DNA of 64,000 nt from Felis catus (taxonomy: Eukaryota). Under the pieces are notes generated by a model. That model worked only from the letters and a program-made list of their open reading frames with translations. It had not been told where the DNA came from and did not search any database. A program made the translations under genes and the position numbers. The stretch covers positions 5,334,001 through 5,398,000 of the forward strand of contig NC_058383.1 of the NCBI RefSeq assembly GCF_018350175.1, given 5' to 3'. Position 1 is the stretch's first letter. Every line of letters starts with the position of its first letter. Positions 26,898 to 42,029 of this stretch are shown here, in pieces.

Positions 26898-28244
26898 TGA
26901 CCCAAATGCACCCAGACGGGGACGCTGCTGATGCCCTGCACACGCGTCACTTGGTATATCACCGGTCACCTGAAACTTCAGCACTGCTAAATTTAGAAAC
27001 CCAAAGTATGATTTGCTGGTCCAGACCATCTTTTTTTAGTGCCATTTTATTATTTAGGTTTCTCTAAAGGTCTTACACACGGGTGAGCAACAAAATGGTT
27101 TTTTTTTAAATATTTATTTTGAGAGAGAAAGAGTGTGTGAGTCGCGGGGGGAGCAGAGGAAGAGAGGGAGAGAGAACCCCAAGCAGCCTCCACATGGTCA
27201 GTGCAATTTGTGGGCTCGGCCCCACAAGCCATGAGATCGTGACCTGAGCCAAAACCAAGAGTCGGACCCTGAACCTACTGATCCACCTAGGAGCCCCCAA
27301 GCAAGCAGATCTCAATTCCCATGGCTCGTGTGTAGACCAAGACTATTATCTATGCCTTAGGAGCTGTGTATTTCCCGCACAGAAAAGAAAGGCTTCATAC
27401 GGTTAGTTTTATATGGTTTATACAAGCTTGGGTTTTCTGATAATATCTGCATATTAATCTGGTAATTAGGGGCCTTGCTGAACTCACATAATAGTTCTGG
27501 TCAGTATTTTGTAGGTTCTTTGGGATTTTTTAATACGGACAATCCCGAGCATGGGTGCAGGGGCAGACAGCCTCGCATTGGGCCTGAGCCTAGTGGGAAA
27601 GCATTCAGTCTTTCATCATGGGCGATGTTTGCTGTGGGTTTTTCAGGGATGCTCTTTACCAGGAAGAGCCATCATTTGTTAGGAGGAAGCGCTCTAATTC
27701 TTCATTTGCTTACAGTTTTTATCATGAATGGGTGTGAAGTTTGTCCAGTGCTTTTCGGCCTCCATCGGGAGGATCTGTGTGGTTTTTCTTCTCTAGTCTG
27801 TTGATCGTGTTGAATTACATTGATTTATTTTCTTAAAAAAATTATTTTACTATTAAACTAAAATTAAGTTTTTAATTTTAATTCCAGTTAATGTACAGTA
27901 TTGTATTAGTTTCAGGTGTGCAATTTAGTGATTCAACACTTGTATACATCACCCTGTGCTCATCATGACAAGTGCCTTCATCCCAGCACCTGTTTCTTCC
28001 ACCCTCCTGCCCACCTCCCCTCTGGCAACCATCACTTTGTTCTCTGTAGTTAAGAATCTGTTTCCTGCCTCGACTCTCTCTGGCTCTCTCTCCGTTTTTT
28101 TTTTTCCCTTTTCTTGTTTTGCTGCTTAACTTTGCTTGTATTTGTTTTTCTCTGACTCATTTTGTTTAGCATTAGCGTCTCTAGCTCCATCCATGTCGTT
28201 GCAAATGGCCACATAATCTTTTCGATGGCTGAGTAATATTCCAT

Positions 28245-28250
<6 letters not shown>

Positions 28251-28290
<40 letters not shown>
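28251..28290. repeat. (TG)20 microsatellite within L1
   Basis: Direct read. Confidence 0.92.
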
Positions 28291-28295
<5 letters not shown>

Positions 28296-29247
28296 TCGCA
28301 TGTGTGCATGTACCACATCTTCTTTACCCATTCATCAGTCAGTGGACACAGCTCCTTCCATATCTGGGCTGTTGAAAATAATGCTGCTATAAACATGGGG
28401 GTGCATGTATCTCTCAATTAGTGTTTTTCTATTCTTTGGGTAAATAGTAGTGTGATTGCTGGATTCTAAGATAGTTCTATTTTCAGTGTTTTGAGGAACC
28501 TCCATACTGTTCTCCACAGTGCCTGCACCAGTTTGCATTCCCACCAACAGTGCAAGAGGGTTCCCTTTTCTCCACATCCTCACCAACACCTGTTGTTTCT
28601 TGTGGTGTCGATTTTAGCCATTCTGACAGGTGTGAGGTGATACCTCATCATAGTTTTGATTTGCATTTCCCTGACGATGAGTGGTCACGAGTATCTTTTC
28701 ACGTGTCTCTTGGCCATCTGTATATCTTCTTTGGAGAAATGTCTGTTCGTGTCTTTTGCCCATTTTTTAATTGGATTGTTTTTTGGGTGTTGAGATTTCT
28801 GAGTTCTGTATATATTTTGGATTCTAGCCCTTTATTGGATATGTTATTTGCAGACATCTTCTCCCATTCCGTTGGTTGCGTTTTGGTTTTGTTGATTGTT
28901 TCCTTCACTGTGCAGAAGCTTTTTGTCTTGATGAGGTCCCAATAGTTTATTTTTGCTTTTGTTTCTCTTGCTTCAGGAGACAGATCTAGAAAAAAACTGC
29001 TACAGCCGATGTCACAGAAATTGCTGCATATGCTCTTTTCTAGGATTTTTATGGTTTCAGGTCTCACATGTAGGTCCTTAGTCCATTTTGAATTTTTTCT
29101 CTATATAGTGTAAGAAAGCGGTCCAGTTTCATTCTTTCGTATGTGCCTCTCCAGTTTTCCCATTAGCATATGTTGAAAAGACAGTCTTTTCTTTAAAAAT
29201 AGTTATTTTTTTAAGTTTATTTTTTGAGACAGCACAAGTGGGGAAGG

Positions 29248-29249
<2 letters not shown>

Positions 29250-29298
<49 letters not shown>
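29250..29298. repeat. (GA)n microsatellite within a SINE
   Basis: Direct read, ~24 units. Confidence 0.9.
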
Positions 29299-29304
<6 letters not shown>

Positions 29305-32300
29305 AGAGAGAATGAGAGTATGTCAAGCAGGCTCCATGCTGCCAGGGCAGAGCCCAATATGGGACTCAGACTCAGGAAACTGTGAGATCATGACCTGAGC
29401 TGAAACCGAGTCGGGTGTTTAACCAACTGAGCCACCCAGGTGCCCCTGTGTTGTTGTTGTTGTTGTTGTTGTTTAGTTTTTTTATTTCTTTTGAGAGAGA
29501 CAGAATGTGAGCAGGAGAGGGGCAGAAAAATGGAGACATCCAAGCAGGCTCTGTGCACGGTTGGCACAGAGCCTGATGCAGAGCTCGAACTCACGAAACT
29601 GTGAGATCATACCTGAGCCGAAATCAAGAGTTGGACACTCAACTGACTGAGCCACCCAGGTGCCCCGAGACTGTCTTTTTCCCATTGGATACTCTTTCCT
29701 GCTTTGTCGAAGATTAATTGCCCATATAATTGTGGTTTTATTTCTGGATTTTCTATTCTGTTCTATTGATTTATGTGTCTATTTTTGTGCCGATACCATA
29801 CTGTTTTAATTACTACAGCTTTGTAATAGAACTTGAAGTCCAGAGTCATGATGCCTCCAGTTTTGCTTTTCTTTTTCAAGATTGCTTTGGCTATTTGGGG
29901 TCTTTTGTGGTTCCATACAGATTTTAGGATTGTTTTTTTCTAATTCTGTGAGAAAAGCTGATGATGATACTTTGATAGAGTTTGTGATAAATCTGTGGAT
30001 TGCTGTGGGTAGTATAGACATTTTAACAGTATTTGTTCTTCTAATCCATGAGTATGGAGTGTCTTTTCATTTCTTTGTGTCTTCTTCAGTTTCTTTCATC
30101 AGTGTTTTATAGTTTTCAGAGTATAGGTCTTTCACCTTTTGGATTAGTTTCATTCCTAGGTATCTTATTATTTTTGGGTGCAATTGTAAATGGGTTTTCT
30201 TAGTTTCTGTTTCTGCTGTTTCCTTATTGATCTATAGAAATCCAACAGATTTCTGTATGTTGCTTTTGTAATCCTGTAACCTTACCGGATTCGTTGTTCA
30301 GTTCTAGTAGTATTTTGGTGGAGTCTTACAGGTTTTCTATACTGAATATCATGTCATCTGCAAATAGTGAAAGTTTGGCTGCTTCTTTGCTGATTCGGGT
30401 GCCTTTTATTCCTTTTTGTTGTCTGATTGCTGTGAGTAGGACTTCTAGTACTATGTTGAATAACAATGGTGAGAATGGATATTTTTTGTCTTGCTCCTGA
30501 TCATATTGGAAAAGCTCTCAGTTTTTCCCCATTGAGGATGGTATTAGCTGTGGGTTTTTCATATGTGGCCTTTATTACATTGGGGTATGTTCTAAATCTC
30601 CTTTGTTGAGGGTGTTTATCATTGAATGGATGTTGTACTTTGTCAAATGCCTTTTCTGCCTCTATTGAAATGATCATGTGGTTCTTGTCCTTTCTCCTAT
30701 CGATGTGATGTGTCACATTGATTGATTAGTGAATATTGAACCACCCTCATAACCCAGGAATAAATACCGCTTGATTGTGATGAATGATTTTTTTTAATGT
30801 ATTGTTGGATTTGGTTTGCTAGTATTTTATTAAGAATTTTTGCATCCATGTTCCTCAGGGATACTGGCCTGTGGTTCTCTCTTTTTTTTAACATTTATTT
30901 TTTAATTTAGAGGGGGAGGGGATGGGCAGAGGGGGAGAGAGAGAGAAAGAGAGACAGAGAGAGAATATGAATATGAATGAATGAATCTTAAGCAGGTTCC
31001 ATGCTAAGAATGGAGCCCAGTACGGAGCTCAATCCCACTACCCTGGGATTGTGACCTGAGCCGAAATCAGGAGCCAGATGCAACTGACTGAGCCACCCAG
31101 GCACCCCTCTGGTTCTCTTTGTTAGTGGATGTTTTATCTGGTTTTGGTATTAGGGTAATACTGGCCTCAGAGAATTAATTTGGAAGTTTTCCTTTTCTAT
31201 GTTTTGGAATAGTTTAAGAAGAATATGCATTAACTCTTCTTTAAATGTTTGGTAGAATCTGGTCCCGGACTTCTGTTTGTTGGGAGGTTGTTTTGTTTTG
31301 TTTTTTTATTATTATTACTGAGTCAATTTCTTTGCTGGTTATTGGTCTATTCAAATGTTCTATTTCCTCCTATTTTGGTTTTGATAGTTTATATGTTTCT
31401 AGGAATGTATCCATTTCTTCCAGGTTGTTCCACTTCGTTAGCCTATAGTTTTTCATAACATTCTCTTAGGATTGTTCATATTTTTGAGGTGTTGGTTGTT
31501 ATTTCTCCTCTCTCATTTGTGATTTTATTTGTTTGAGGCTTTTCTCTTTTTTTCTTGATAATTCTGGCTGGAAGTTTATCAATTTTGTTGATTGTTTTTC
31601 AAAGAACTAGCTCCTGGTTTCATTGATCTGTTCTATTAGTATTTTTAGTTTCTATATCATTTATTTTTGCTCTAACCTTTATTATTTCCTTCCTTCTGCT
31701 GATTTTAAGTTTTGTCTGTTGTTCTTTTTCTAGCTCCTTTAGGTGCAAATTTAGGTTGTTTATTTGAGATTTTTCTGGCTTCTTGAGGTAGGCCTATATT
31801 GCTGTATACTCTCTTCTTAGGTCTGCTTTTGCTGCATCCCAAAGGTTTTGAGCCATCGTGTTTTCATTTTCATTTATTTCCATGTACTTTTTAATTTCTT
31901 CTTTGAGTTACTGGTTAACCCATTCATGCTTCAGTAGGATGTTCTTTAACTTCCATGTATTTGTGGTCTTTCCAAATTTTTTTCTTGGGGTTGACTTCTA
32001 GTTTCATAACATTGTGGTCATATGCATGGTATGATTTCAATCTTCTTGAATTTGTTGAGGTTTGTTTTGTGGGCTAATACATGATCCATTCTGGAGAATG
32101 TTCCTTGTGCACTCAAATGAGTATTCTACTGTTTTACAATGGAATGTTCTGAATGTATCTGTTAAGTCCATCTGGTTCAGCATGTCATTCAAAGCCATTA
32201 TTTGCTTGTTGATTCTGTTTCGATGATCTGTCCATTGATGTCAGTGGGGTGTTAAAGTCCCCTGCTATTATTGTATTATTATCAATTAGTTCCTTTATGT

Positions 32301-34254
32301 TTGTTATTAACTGTTTTATGTATTTGGGTGCTTTCATGTTGGGTGCATAAATATTTACAATTGTTAGATCTTGTTGGATTGTCCTCTTTATGATGATACA
32401 GTATCCTCCTTTGTCTTTTGCTACAGTCTTTGTTTTATTTTTATTTTTTTAAGTGTTTGTATTTTTGAGAGAGAGAGAGCAGGGAAGGGGCAGAGAGAGA
32501 GGGAGACACAGAATCCAAAGAAAGCTCCAGGTCCTAAGCTGTCAGCACAGAGCCTGATGTGGGGCTCAGACTCACAAGCTGTGAGATCATGACCTGAGCA
32601 GAAGTCAGATGCTTAACCGACTAAGCCACCCAGGTGCTCCCACAGCCTTTTTTTTAAAGTCTATTTTATCTGATGTAAATATTGTTACTCTGGCTTTCTT
32701 TTGCCATCAATTTGCGTGATAGATGTTTCTCCATCCCCTCACTTTCAATACATTGATTGATTTTCAGATGTTGAATGAACCTTGTATTCCAGTGATATCA
32801 ACCTGACGTGACCATGATTATATTATCCTTTTTATATGTTGCTAGATTCAATGTCCTAATACTTTGTTGAAAACTTTTGTGTCTATGATCATGAGAGATT
32901 TTGATCTTTAGTATTCTTTCCATTTAATATCTTTGCCAGATTTTAGTAACCAGGGTAATGTTGCCACATAAAATGAGTTGGAAAGTGTTCTCTTTAATTT
33001 CCTGAGTTTGTAGAATTGGTATTCTCTCTTCTGGAGCCATTTACCTGAAGATGCCAGTGAAGATTTCTGGGACTGGAGCTATCTTTGTGACAAGATTAAC
33101 AATAAGTTAACTGTATATTAACTATAAAATAACACTTAGAAATAGATAATGCACTATTCAGGTTATCTGTTTCTTCTTGAGTAAATTTTGAAAGTTTGTG
33201 TTATTGAAGGAATTTGTCCATTTCATAGAAATTTATTAGCATATGGCTGTGCATAATATTCTCTTGTGTTTCTTTTAATCCATATTATAGGAGATCTATA
33301 GTGATGTTCCCTGTTTCTTCTGGTATCAGTACGTTGTGTTTTCTCTTTTTTCTTCAGTCCTGGCTAGAGATGTAGCCATGTCATGAAAATTCTGTAAGAG
33401 CCAGTTTTCGTGCTATTTATTTTCTCTTGATGGTTTTGAGTTTTTAATTTGATACCTGCTCTTTGTTATTATTTTCCTTCTACGTGCTTCAGGTTTACTA
33501 TGCTCTTCTCCTTGAGTTGTACTATGGAAGTTTTATTGATTTGAGGCATTTCTTCTTTTCTGATACAAACATTTAATACTAAAATTTTTTCTCCTAACAC
33601 TGCTTTATCTGTATTCCATTAATTCTGATATGCTTTTAACTTTTGTTCAGTTCAAATATTTTCTAATTTCCCTATGACTTCCTCTTTTGAATATAAATTA
33701 TTTTGATGTATATTGCTTAATTTCCAAATGTTTGGAGACTTTTTCCAGATTTCTTTCTGTTGTTGATTTTTTGTTTAATTCTATTGTGATCAGAGAACAT
33801 ACTTTGTGTTCTTTACACACTTATTGCATTTCTTTTAAATATGTTGTGGTTTATTTTATGGCCCAGAATATGGTCTTTTTCAGTGAACGTTATGTGCATT
33901 TCTGCTTTTGTTGAATGGAGTATTCTGTGGATACCAATTAGATCAAGTTGGTTAGTAGTGTTGTTCTTTATCACATTTCTTCTATAGCACATTACTCTCT
34001 TCTGTCTACTTTTTCTACCCATTTCTCAGAGGAGAGTGTTGAAGTGTCCAAAAATAATTGTAGATTTGTCTATTTCTTCCAAATCTATCAATTTCTGTTT
34101 TACATATTTTAAGTCTCTGTTGTTATGTGTAGGATTGTTATGTCTTCTTGGTGAGTTGACCCTTTTTATCATGTTGTAATGTCCCTCTTTAGCCCTGATA
34201 ATTTCTATTCCTCTGAAGTCTTTTCTGATAGGAATAAAGCTACCCCAGGTTTCT

Positions 34255-34970
34255 TTTTAGTTTTTAATTGTGGTAAAACACACATAACACAAAATTTACC
34301 ATCTTAACCATTCTTAAGTGTCCAATTCAGGGGCATTAAGCACATTCACACTGTTGTGAATCACCTCCATCCATCTCCAGAACTCTTCATCTTCCCAAAC
34401 TGAGACTGTCCCCATTAAACACTCACTCCCCGTAACCCCTTCCCCCACCCCCGCCACTGGCTTATATCACTTAGCATAATGTCTTCAACAGACACAATGG
34501 GATGAATGAATAAACAAATGGATGATGATATAAACATACAATGGAATATAATTTAGTCTTTAAAAGGCAGGACATTCTATGAGGTGCCTGGGTGGCTCAG
34601 TCGGTTAAGTGTCCGACTTCGGCTCAGGTCATGATCTTGCTGTTCGCGGGTTCGAGCCCTACATCGGGCTCTGTGCTGACAGCTCGGAGCCTGGAGCTTT
34701 CTTCGGATTATGTGTCTCCTTCTCTCTCTGCCCCTCCCCTGCTCGCACTCTGTCTCTCAAAAAGAAATAAATGTAAATTAAAAATTTTTTTTAAAAGAAG
34801 GACACTCTGACACATACTATAAGACGGATGAAACTTGAAGACATTATGCTAAGTGAAATAAGCCAGTTGCAAAAGGACAAATACTATATAATTCCACTTA
34901 TATGAGGTACCTAAAGGAGTCAGATTCAAAGGGACCAAAAATAGATGGTGGGTGACAGAGGCAGGGGGTT
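34255..34970. mobile_element. L1MB-like 3' fragments in inverted arrangement, SINE-interrupted
   Basis: Minus-oriented 3'UTR 34255-34488 abuts a plus-oriented piece 34490-34970; they share a 33-bp inverted repeat. Confidence 0.7.
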
Positions 34971-34988
34971 CTTTGTCCCTTCAAATGA

Positions 34989-35276
<288 letters not shown>

Positions 35277-36515
35277 TGAAGAGTACATTTTAAAGAGTTT
35301 GTAAAGCAACTAAAATACAGTACAAGGAGTGTCATTCTCTGGTAAAGTGCATCATCCATTTTTGCATAGGATAACCTACTGTCTTATTAAGATAACTATA
35401 CAAATTTTAGAATAATTCCCAACATATCATCAATATCTAAAAGTGTATTTAGAAGTTATTTAGTTAGTTTATGTTATGTACATGTGTGTGTGTGAGGGTG
35501 GTTTTGGTCACAAGTAATGGAATACCTAGCTTAATAATCTGTAAGTGTTAAGGAATGAGTGGATTTGGGGGCACCTGGGGGGCTCAGTCGGTTAAGCGTC
35601 CGACTCTTGGTTTCTGCTCAGGTCATGATCTCACGGTTCATGGCATTGAGCCCTACCTCGGGCTCTGCGCTGATGGTGTGGAGCCTGCTTGGGATTCTCT
35701 CTCTCCCTCTCCCCGTCCCCCATGCTCATGCACGCTCTCTCTCTCTTTCAAAATAAATATATTTTTTAAAAAAAGGAGTGGGTTGCAAGGTTGCTTTGAT
35801 CCAGCAACTCAGCGATGTTGAGGGTGTCCTTCCTCTCCCCAGGAGACGTCTCCTGCCATGCTGTCAGCTTCACTCTTATGCTGCCCCTCCCTCATGACCA
35901 TAATTTGCTGTGGCTCCAGGCTCCATGTCCACATACACACTAAGTAGAAGGAGAGAAGAAACCCTTTCCCAGGAAGCTTTCCACAGGTGTCTTTAGTTTG
36001 GCTGAGCTGACTTGGGTCATGTGCTTACCTCTCAATCAGGCTGACTATTGGCCTGGGTTGGACAGATCCCAAGAGAGCCCCTCTTTGGTGATAGGCACTC
36101 TGCTGGTCACTAGCATGGTTTGATAAGATACCTTCTGTGACCTAGGGGTAATTGGAGAGAGTTCGTGGGACAGATGGGAAAGGAAGAGAAGGAAGAGAGA
36201 GGACTTACAGTGATGTGAGACTCTAGGAGCCTGATTCTATGTGGGCTAAGTCCATATAAAAAAAAAGTTTTTTTAATATTTATTTATTTTTGAAAGAGAG
36301 AGAGTGTGAGAGGGGGAGGGGCAGAGAGAAAGGGAGACACAGAATCCGAAGCAGGCTCCAGGCTCTGAGCTGTCAACACAGAGCCTGACGCGGGGCTCGA
36401 ACCCACAAACCACGAGATCATGACCTGAGCCGAAGTCAGAAGCTGACTGGGCCACCCAGGCACCCTGGGCTAAGGGCATATCTTAAAAACAAACAAAAAA
36501 ACTCCAAACCTTTGA

Positions 36516-36857
<342 letters not shown>

Positions 36858-37630
36858 TGAGCGTCTGACTTCAGCTCAGGCCATGATCTCACGGTCTGTG
36901 AGTTTGAGCCCCGTGTCGGGCTCTGTGCCAACAGCTCAGAGCCTGGAGCCTGCTTCGGATTCTGTGTCTCCCTCTCTCTCTGACCCTCCCCCTTTCATGC
37001 TGTCTCTCCCTGTCTCAAAAATAAATAAATGTTAAAAAAAAATTTTTAAGTATTTTTTTTACATTTATTTATTTTTGAGAGACAGAGAGAGACAGAGTGT
37101 GAGCAGGGGAGAGACAGAGAGAGGAGACACAGAATCCCAAGCAGGCACCAGGCTCTGAGTTGTCAGCACAGAGCCTAACACGGGGCTCAGGCCCATGAAC
37201 CATGAGATCATGACCTGAACTGAAGTCAGATGCTCAACCGACTGAGCCACCCAGACACCCCAAAACTGTTTTCTTAATAGGTTTTTTGAATACTCTTGTA
37301 TCCTACTTTGATGGAAAATCTTTTTTTTTTTAATTTTTTTTAATTTTCGAGAGAGCAGATGTGTGAGTAGGGGAGAGGGGCAGAAGGAGACAGAATATTA
37401 AGCAGGCTCCACGCTCAGTGTGAACCCTGACACAGGCCTCGATCCCATGACCCTGAGATCATGACCCGAGCCAAAGTCAAGAGTCAGATGCTCAATTAAT
37501 TGACTGACGCACCCAGGTGCCCCGGTGGAAAATCATTTTGACATAACATTGAAAAAAAATTTTTTTAACTTCCAAAATCATTTTATTTTTTTCCAAAAGC
37601 ATTTTAATTTACTAGTTGAAATAACATTGA

Positions 37631-37855
<225 letters not shown>

Positions 37856-39693
37856 TAATAGTCTCCAGAGTCTTGGAAACATACAGCTGACGGTGGATCT
37901 CCTGTGTCGAGTGTCTTTTACAGGCCTGATAGATGCTTCGTGTACCGTCCCATTTAATTTGCACGGCAAACTTAGTGAACAGGCTTTGTGAGAAAACAGA
38001 AGGCCAGATAGAGGGACTCAGCGAGTTAACTACTGCCTCAGAGCCCACAAGGCTAAAGTTAACCCTCACCCCCAGCTTGGTCTGAAGGCCAAGGCTGTGG
38101 CCACCGCACTCCGCAGGACATGAATTCTGCTGTGCGTCATTATGGGCTGCTGGGATTCAAAAGAACTCGAACCCCTTAGAAATCATTACAAATCTAGAAA
38201 TCCACAGAGCCAGAGAAAATTCTGTGTGCCCAGACCTCATTTGATTAACATCTGGAAAATCACATCCACCAAATGACACGTTAGCATCGTGATTCCTGCT
38301 TTGGCTGGGGCTTGGTATGAGTCTTCCGTGAAACCATGGATGAAGATGTTTGCAACACGTGCACCACTGGTGCCTCAAAATTGCAAGGCATCCTTTTCCC
38401 TTTGCCCTGCCTCGTTCTGGCCTCCTCTGGTCCCTGTTCTGTGGGTCTCAAAGTGGTGACTGTCCACTCCCATCCTCCTTTCTTCTCCCGGCCAGCGTCG
38501 TAATTTGGTCTCCTGGTATTACTCGCTTCATCTGCTGTCAGACTGTCATTAAAAACAAGAACTTCTGTGACTTTCTCGAGTTACAAAAATGGTACACAAC
38601 ACCTGTAGAAAATTTAGAAAATGCAGGTAAGAAAAAGTAAAACAGAATCTTCACCCAGACAAATGTGGTGACCACCTTTCCAGTTTTGTTCTGAGCAAAC
38701 ATAACTAGAATTGGGAGAATTCTGCTCCTATAATGTCTGCTCATGTGTATTTAATAATAGCCATTCAATGTTCTCCTACAATATCATTTTTAGATGAATA
38801 AACATCCATTGATACACCCAAAAAGGAGAGATTTTCTTATATTATTTTTTGTTTGTTTTATGTACATATCATTCGCTTTCCACTTTGGAGTTCTTTCCAT
38901 GTCAACACAGGTAGGTCTTTTAAAAAGTACAGATTTGGGGTTGCCTGGGTGGCTTAGTCACTTAAGCTCCCGACTTCGACTCAGGTCATGATCTCATAAT
39001 CTGTGAGTTCAAGCCCCACATCGGGCTCTGTGCTGACAGCTCAGAGCCTGGAGCCTGCTTTGGATTCTGTATCTCCCTCTCTCTCTCTCTGCCCCTCCCT
39101 TGCTCATACTCTGTCTCTGTCTCTCTCTCTCTCTCAAAAATAAGTAAACATTAATTGAAAAAAATATGGATTTAAAGTCTATCTTACCTCATAATTACAA
39201 AAGAAGTATCAGATCTAGAAAGTGAAAAAATTCTGTAACTCAGTTCTTAGAAATGCCTCCAAAAGTGTTTTCTTATAGTTTTTTTTTTGTTTGTTTTTTT
39301 TTTTTAATTTTAGAGAGTGTGAGCGGGGGAGAGGGGTTGGAGGGAGAGGGAGGGAGAGAATCTTAGGCTCCCCGCCCAGCATAGATTGCCAATGGGGCTT
39401 GAACCCAAAGCCACAAGATCATGACCTGAGCCAAAACCAAGACTTGGATGCTTAACTGACTGAGCCACCCGGTCTCTCCTGATAACAGCACATTTTTTAA
39501 TGTTATTCAGAAATTGCATTTTATTGACCTGGGGATGAGCAGGGAAAATACAACATTTGCTGAGCCCTTTTAGTGGTCAACGGTAAATGCTATTACTTCA
39601 CTTGTATTATCTCATTTAATTTATAAAGCAGGTGTTGTCTCTCTTTTGTTCTTATTAGGTAAGATTAAGACGTGCATGGCTTTCTCTTTGTAG

Positions 39694-39915
<222 letters not shown>

Positions 39916-40088
39916 TAAAGATTGGTGTGACATGTCTCCATGAAACCAGTCAGGAAATGTGGAGGGAGTGACGAAGGCAAATCCCGGGAGAGACGTTCCA
40001 GAAATCAACACACTGTCTTCTCAAGGTGCTTAAAATGTACCTGAGACACTCTCGTGAAATAATGGCAACAGTAAAAGACCATCTACAG

Positions 40089-40283
40089 CAGGGCCTGTGA
40101 GCCAAGGCCAGCCCTCTGCCTGTTCTTAAAAATAAAGTTTTATTGGAACACAGCCATGTCCATTTCCTCATGCATTGTCTATGGCTGTTTTTGCCCTGTC
40201 ATGTCAGAACTGAGGGGTCGTGGCCCACAAAGCCTAAAGATATTTACTGTGTGGCTCTTGGCAGAAAAGTTTGCCTGCCTCTG
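40089..40283. mobile_element. MER58A-like hAT-Charlie DNA transposon
   Basis: aaataaagttttattggaacacagccatg...ggcccacaaagcctaaa...aaaagtttgcc; 8-bp TSD atctacag (40081-40088) / atctatag (40284-40291). Confidence 0.8.
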
Positions 40284-40789
40284 ATCTATAGTTTAAAACA
40301 ACCCAGTAAATTGTGAGGGCCGAAGCAGAGAGGATCAGAGAGGGCCAGTAGCCGAGAAAACACTTGAGGTGGGCTTGGGCTTGATTTTAAATTAGAAAGT
40401 TCATGGCAATAGATTTAACAACTTTGAAGTTTCTATTCCTTTCAGCCGGATACTGGGAAGCAGGCCTTGACAACCTCAAATTATCTACTGGGAAAACAAA
40501 ATATCAGGACTGATACTTATTTACTTGACATGTAAGTGTTGGACACAGATTTTGAGTCCATTTAGAATCAGAGTCGCCATTAGAATCAAACGTGGCTCAG
40601 ACCACGCCAAACTCCGAAAGACACTGGGACAAGGTCTCTTGCAACTTTCCTGATAAGTGACTAGGTCTTTCGTGCGGTACTTAAGTTTTAGGTGGGTGTG
40701 TATACGGTGTTCATAGTATTCACTACGAGAAAAGGTATTCTGTCACACTAACTTCTTTGACTTGTATACCAGGAGCAAATAAAATAGAA

Positions 40790-41523
40790 GGTTTTAGAAA
40801 ATACGAGGCGTCAAGAATGCAACCTTGACATTTGCAACCAATGTGGATGGACCTTGAGGGTGTTATGCTAAGTGAAATAAGACAGAGACAAATAGCATAG
40901 GATCTCGCTTGTATGTCAAATCTAAAACAACAAAGAAGGGGCACCTGGGTGGCCCAGTGGTTTAAGCATCTACGTCTTGATTCCGGGTCAGGTCATGACC
41001 TCATGGTTCGTGGGACCGAGTTCCTCGTGGGGCTCTGTGCGGACAGCTCAGATCTGGCTTGGGATTCTCCCTCTCCCTCTCTCTCTCTCTCTCTGCTCCT
41101 CTTCCACTTGAAGCTCTCTCAAAGTAAATAATGAAATATTAAAAATAATTAAATAAAAATTAAAGAACAAAGAAACAAGCTCACAGATACAGAGAACAGA
41201 GTAGTAGTTGCCAGAGGGGAGGTATCAAAGAGATGGGTGAAGGGGGTCAAAAGGTATAAACTTCCAGCTACAAAATAAGTAAGTCATGGGGATGTAACGT
41301 GCAGCATGGTGACTATAGTTAAAAATAACGGTTATTTAAAAGTTGCTAAGAAGGTCAATCTTAAAAGTCCTCACCGCCAGAATAAAGGAGAAATTTTTGT
41401 AACTACGTAGGCGAAGGGTGTCAACCAGTCTTACTGTGGTGGTCATGTTGCAGCACCTAGTGAATGGCGTCGTACACGGGAAACTAATGCAACGTTATAC
41501 GTCAGTTCTACCTCGATTAAAAA
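40790..41523 (+). mobile_element. Sense-oriented LINE-1 3' end (L1MA-like), SINE-interrupted
   Basis: gaccttgagggtgttatgctaagtgaaataag ... acagatacagagaacaga ... gcagcatggtgactatagttaa ... tacctcgattaaaaa. Confidence 0.8.
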
Positions 41524-41534
41524 CAAAGTACTAG

Positions 41535-41678
<144 letters not shown>

Positions 41679-42029
41679 TAAGTACCACTTCTGAAGCTCG
41701 GAGAGGGCAGGGGAGACCTAATCAGTCCTGAGCTACAGTGGTGCCCACTTTTCTTTGACGTGCGTGACTACTTTTACATCTCCCGAAGGGAAGGGCCAGA
41801 AACAAAAGCGTTTCACAAATATTAACCACAAAACCATCGGATGCCAGATTACACTTCTGAAGCCCCTTCCGAGGTGAGTCGTGTTTCAATGTTGAAACTT
41901 GCTCTCAGGGTTTTGATCGGAAATAGTCAACACTAGTCCTTCCTCAAGCCCGAATTTTCCCATCTTTCTCAGATGGGGAATAATAAATTGATTGATCCCC
42001 TGTCTTTTTTTATTTGGAAATAAGTTTTC

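Larger units (their letters stand above)
27833..32748 (-). mobile_element. Carnivore LINE-1 covering most of ORF2, nested in an older L1
   Basis: Minus-strand RT motifs ([29 protein letters not shown] at ~30346-30376) and endonuclease GDFNTPL (~32243-32260); frameshifted; 17-bp TSD tacattgatt(t/g)attttc. Confidence 0.92.
27420..34250 (-). mobile_element. Older degraded LINE-1 ORF2, host of the nested L1 (segments ~27420-27832 and 32749-34250)
   Basis: L1 ORF2 sequence reads continuously across the TSD once the insert is removed; peptide NQLDLIGIHRILHSTKAE...FTEKDHILGHK at 33813-34022. Confidence 0.8.

Noticed and set aside
27833..32748. Possible active retrotransposon
   Set aside because: 5'-truncated, frameshifted and interrupted by SINEs; no intact ORF1 or ORF2 anywhere in the window.
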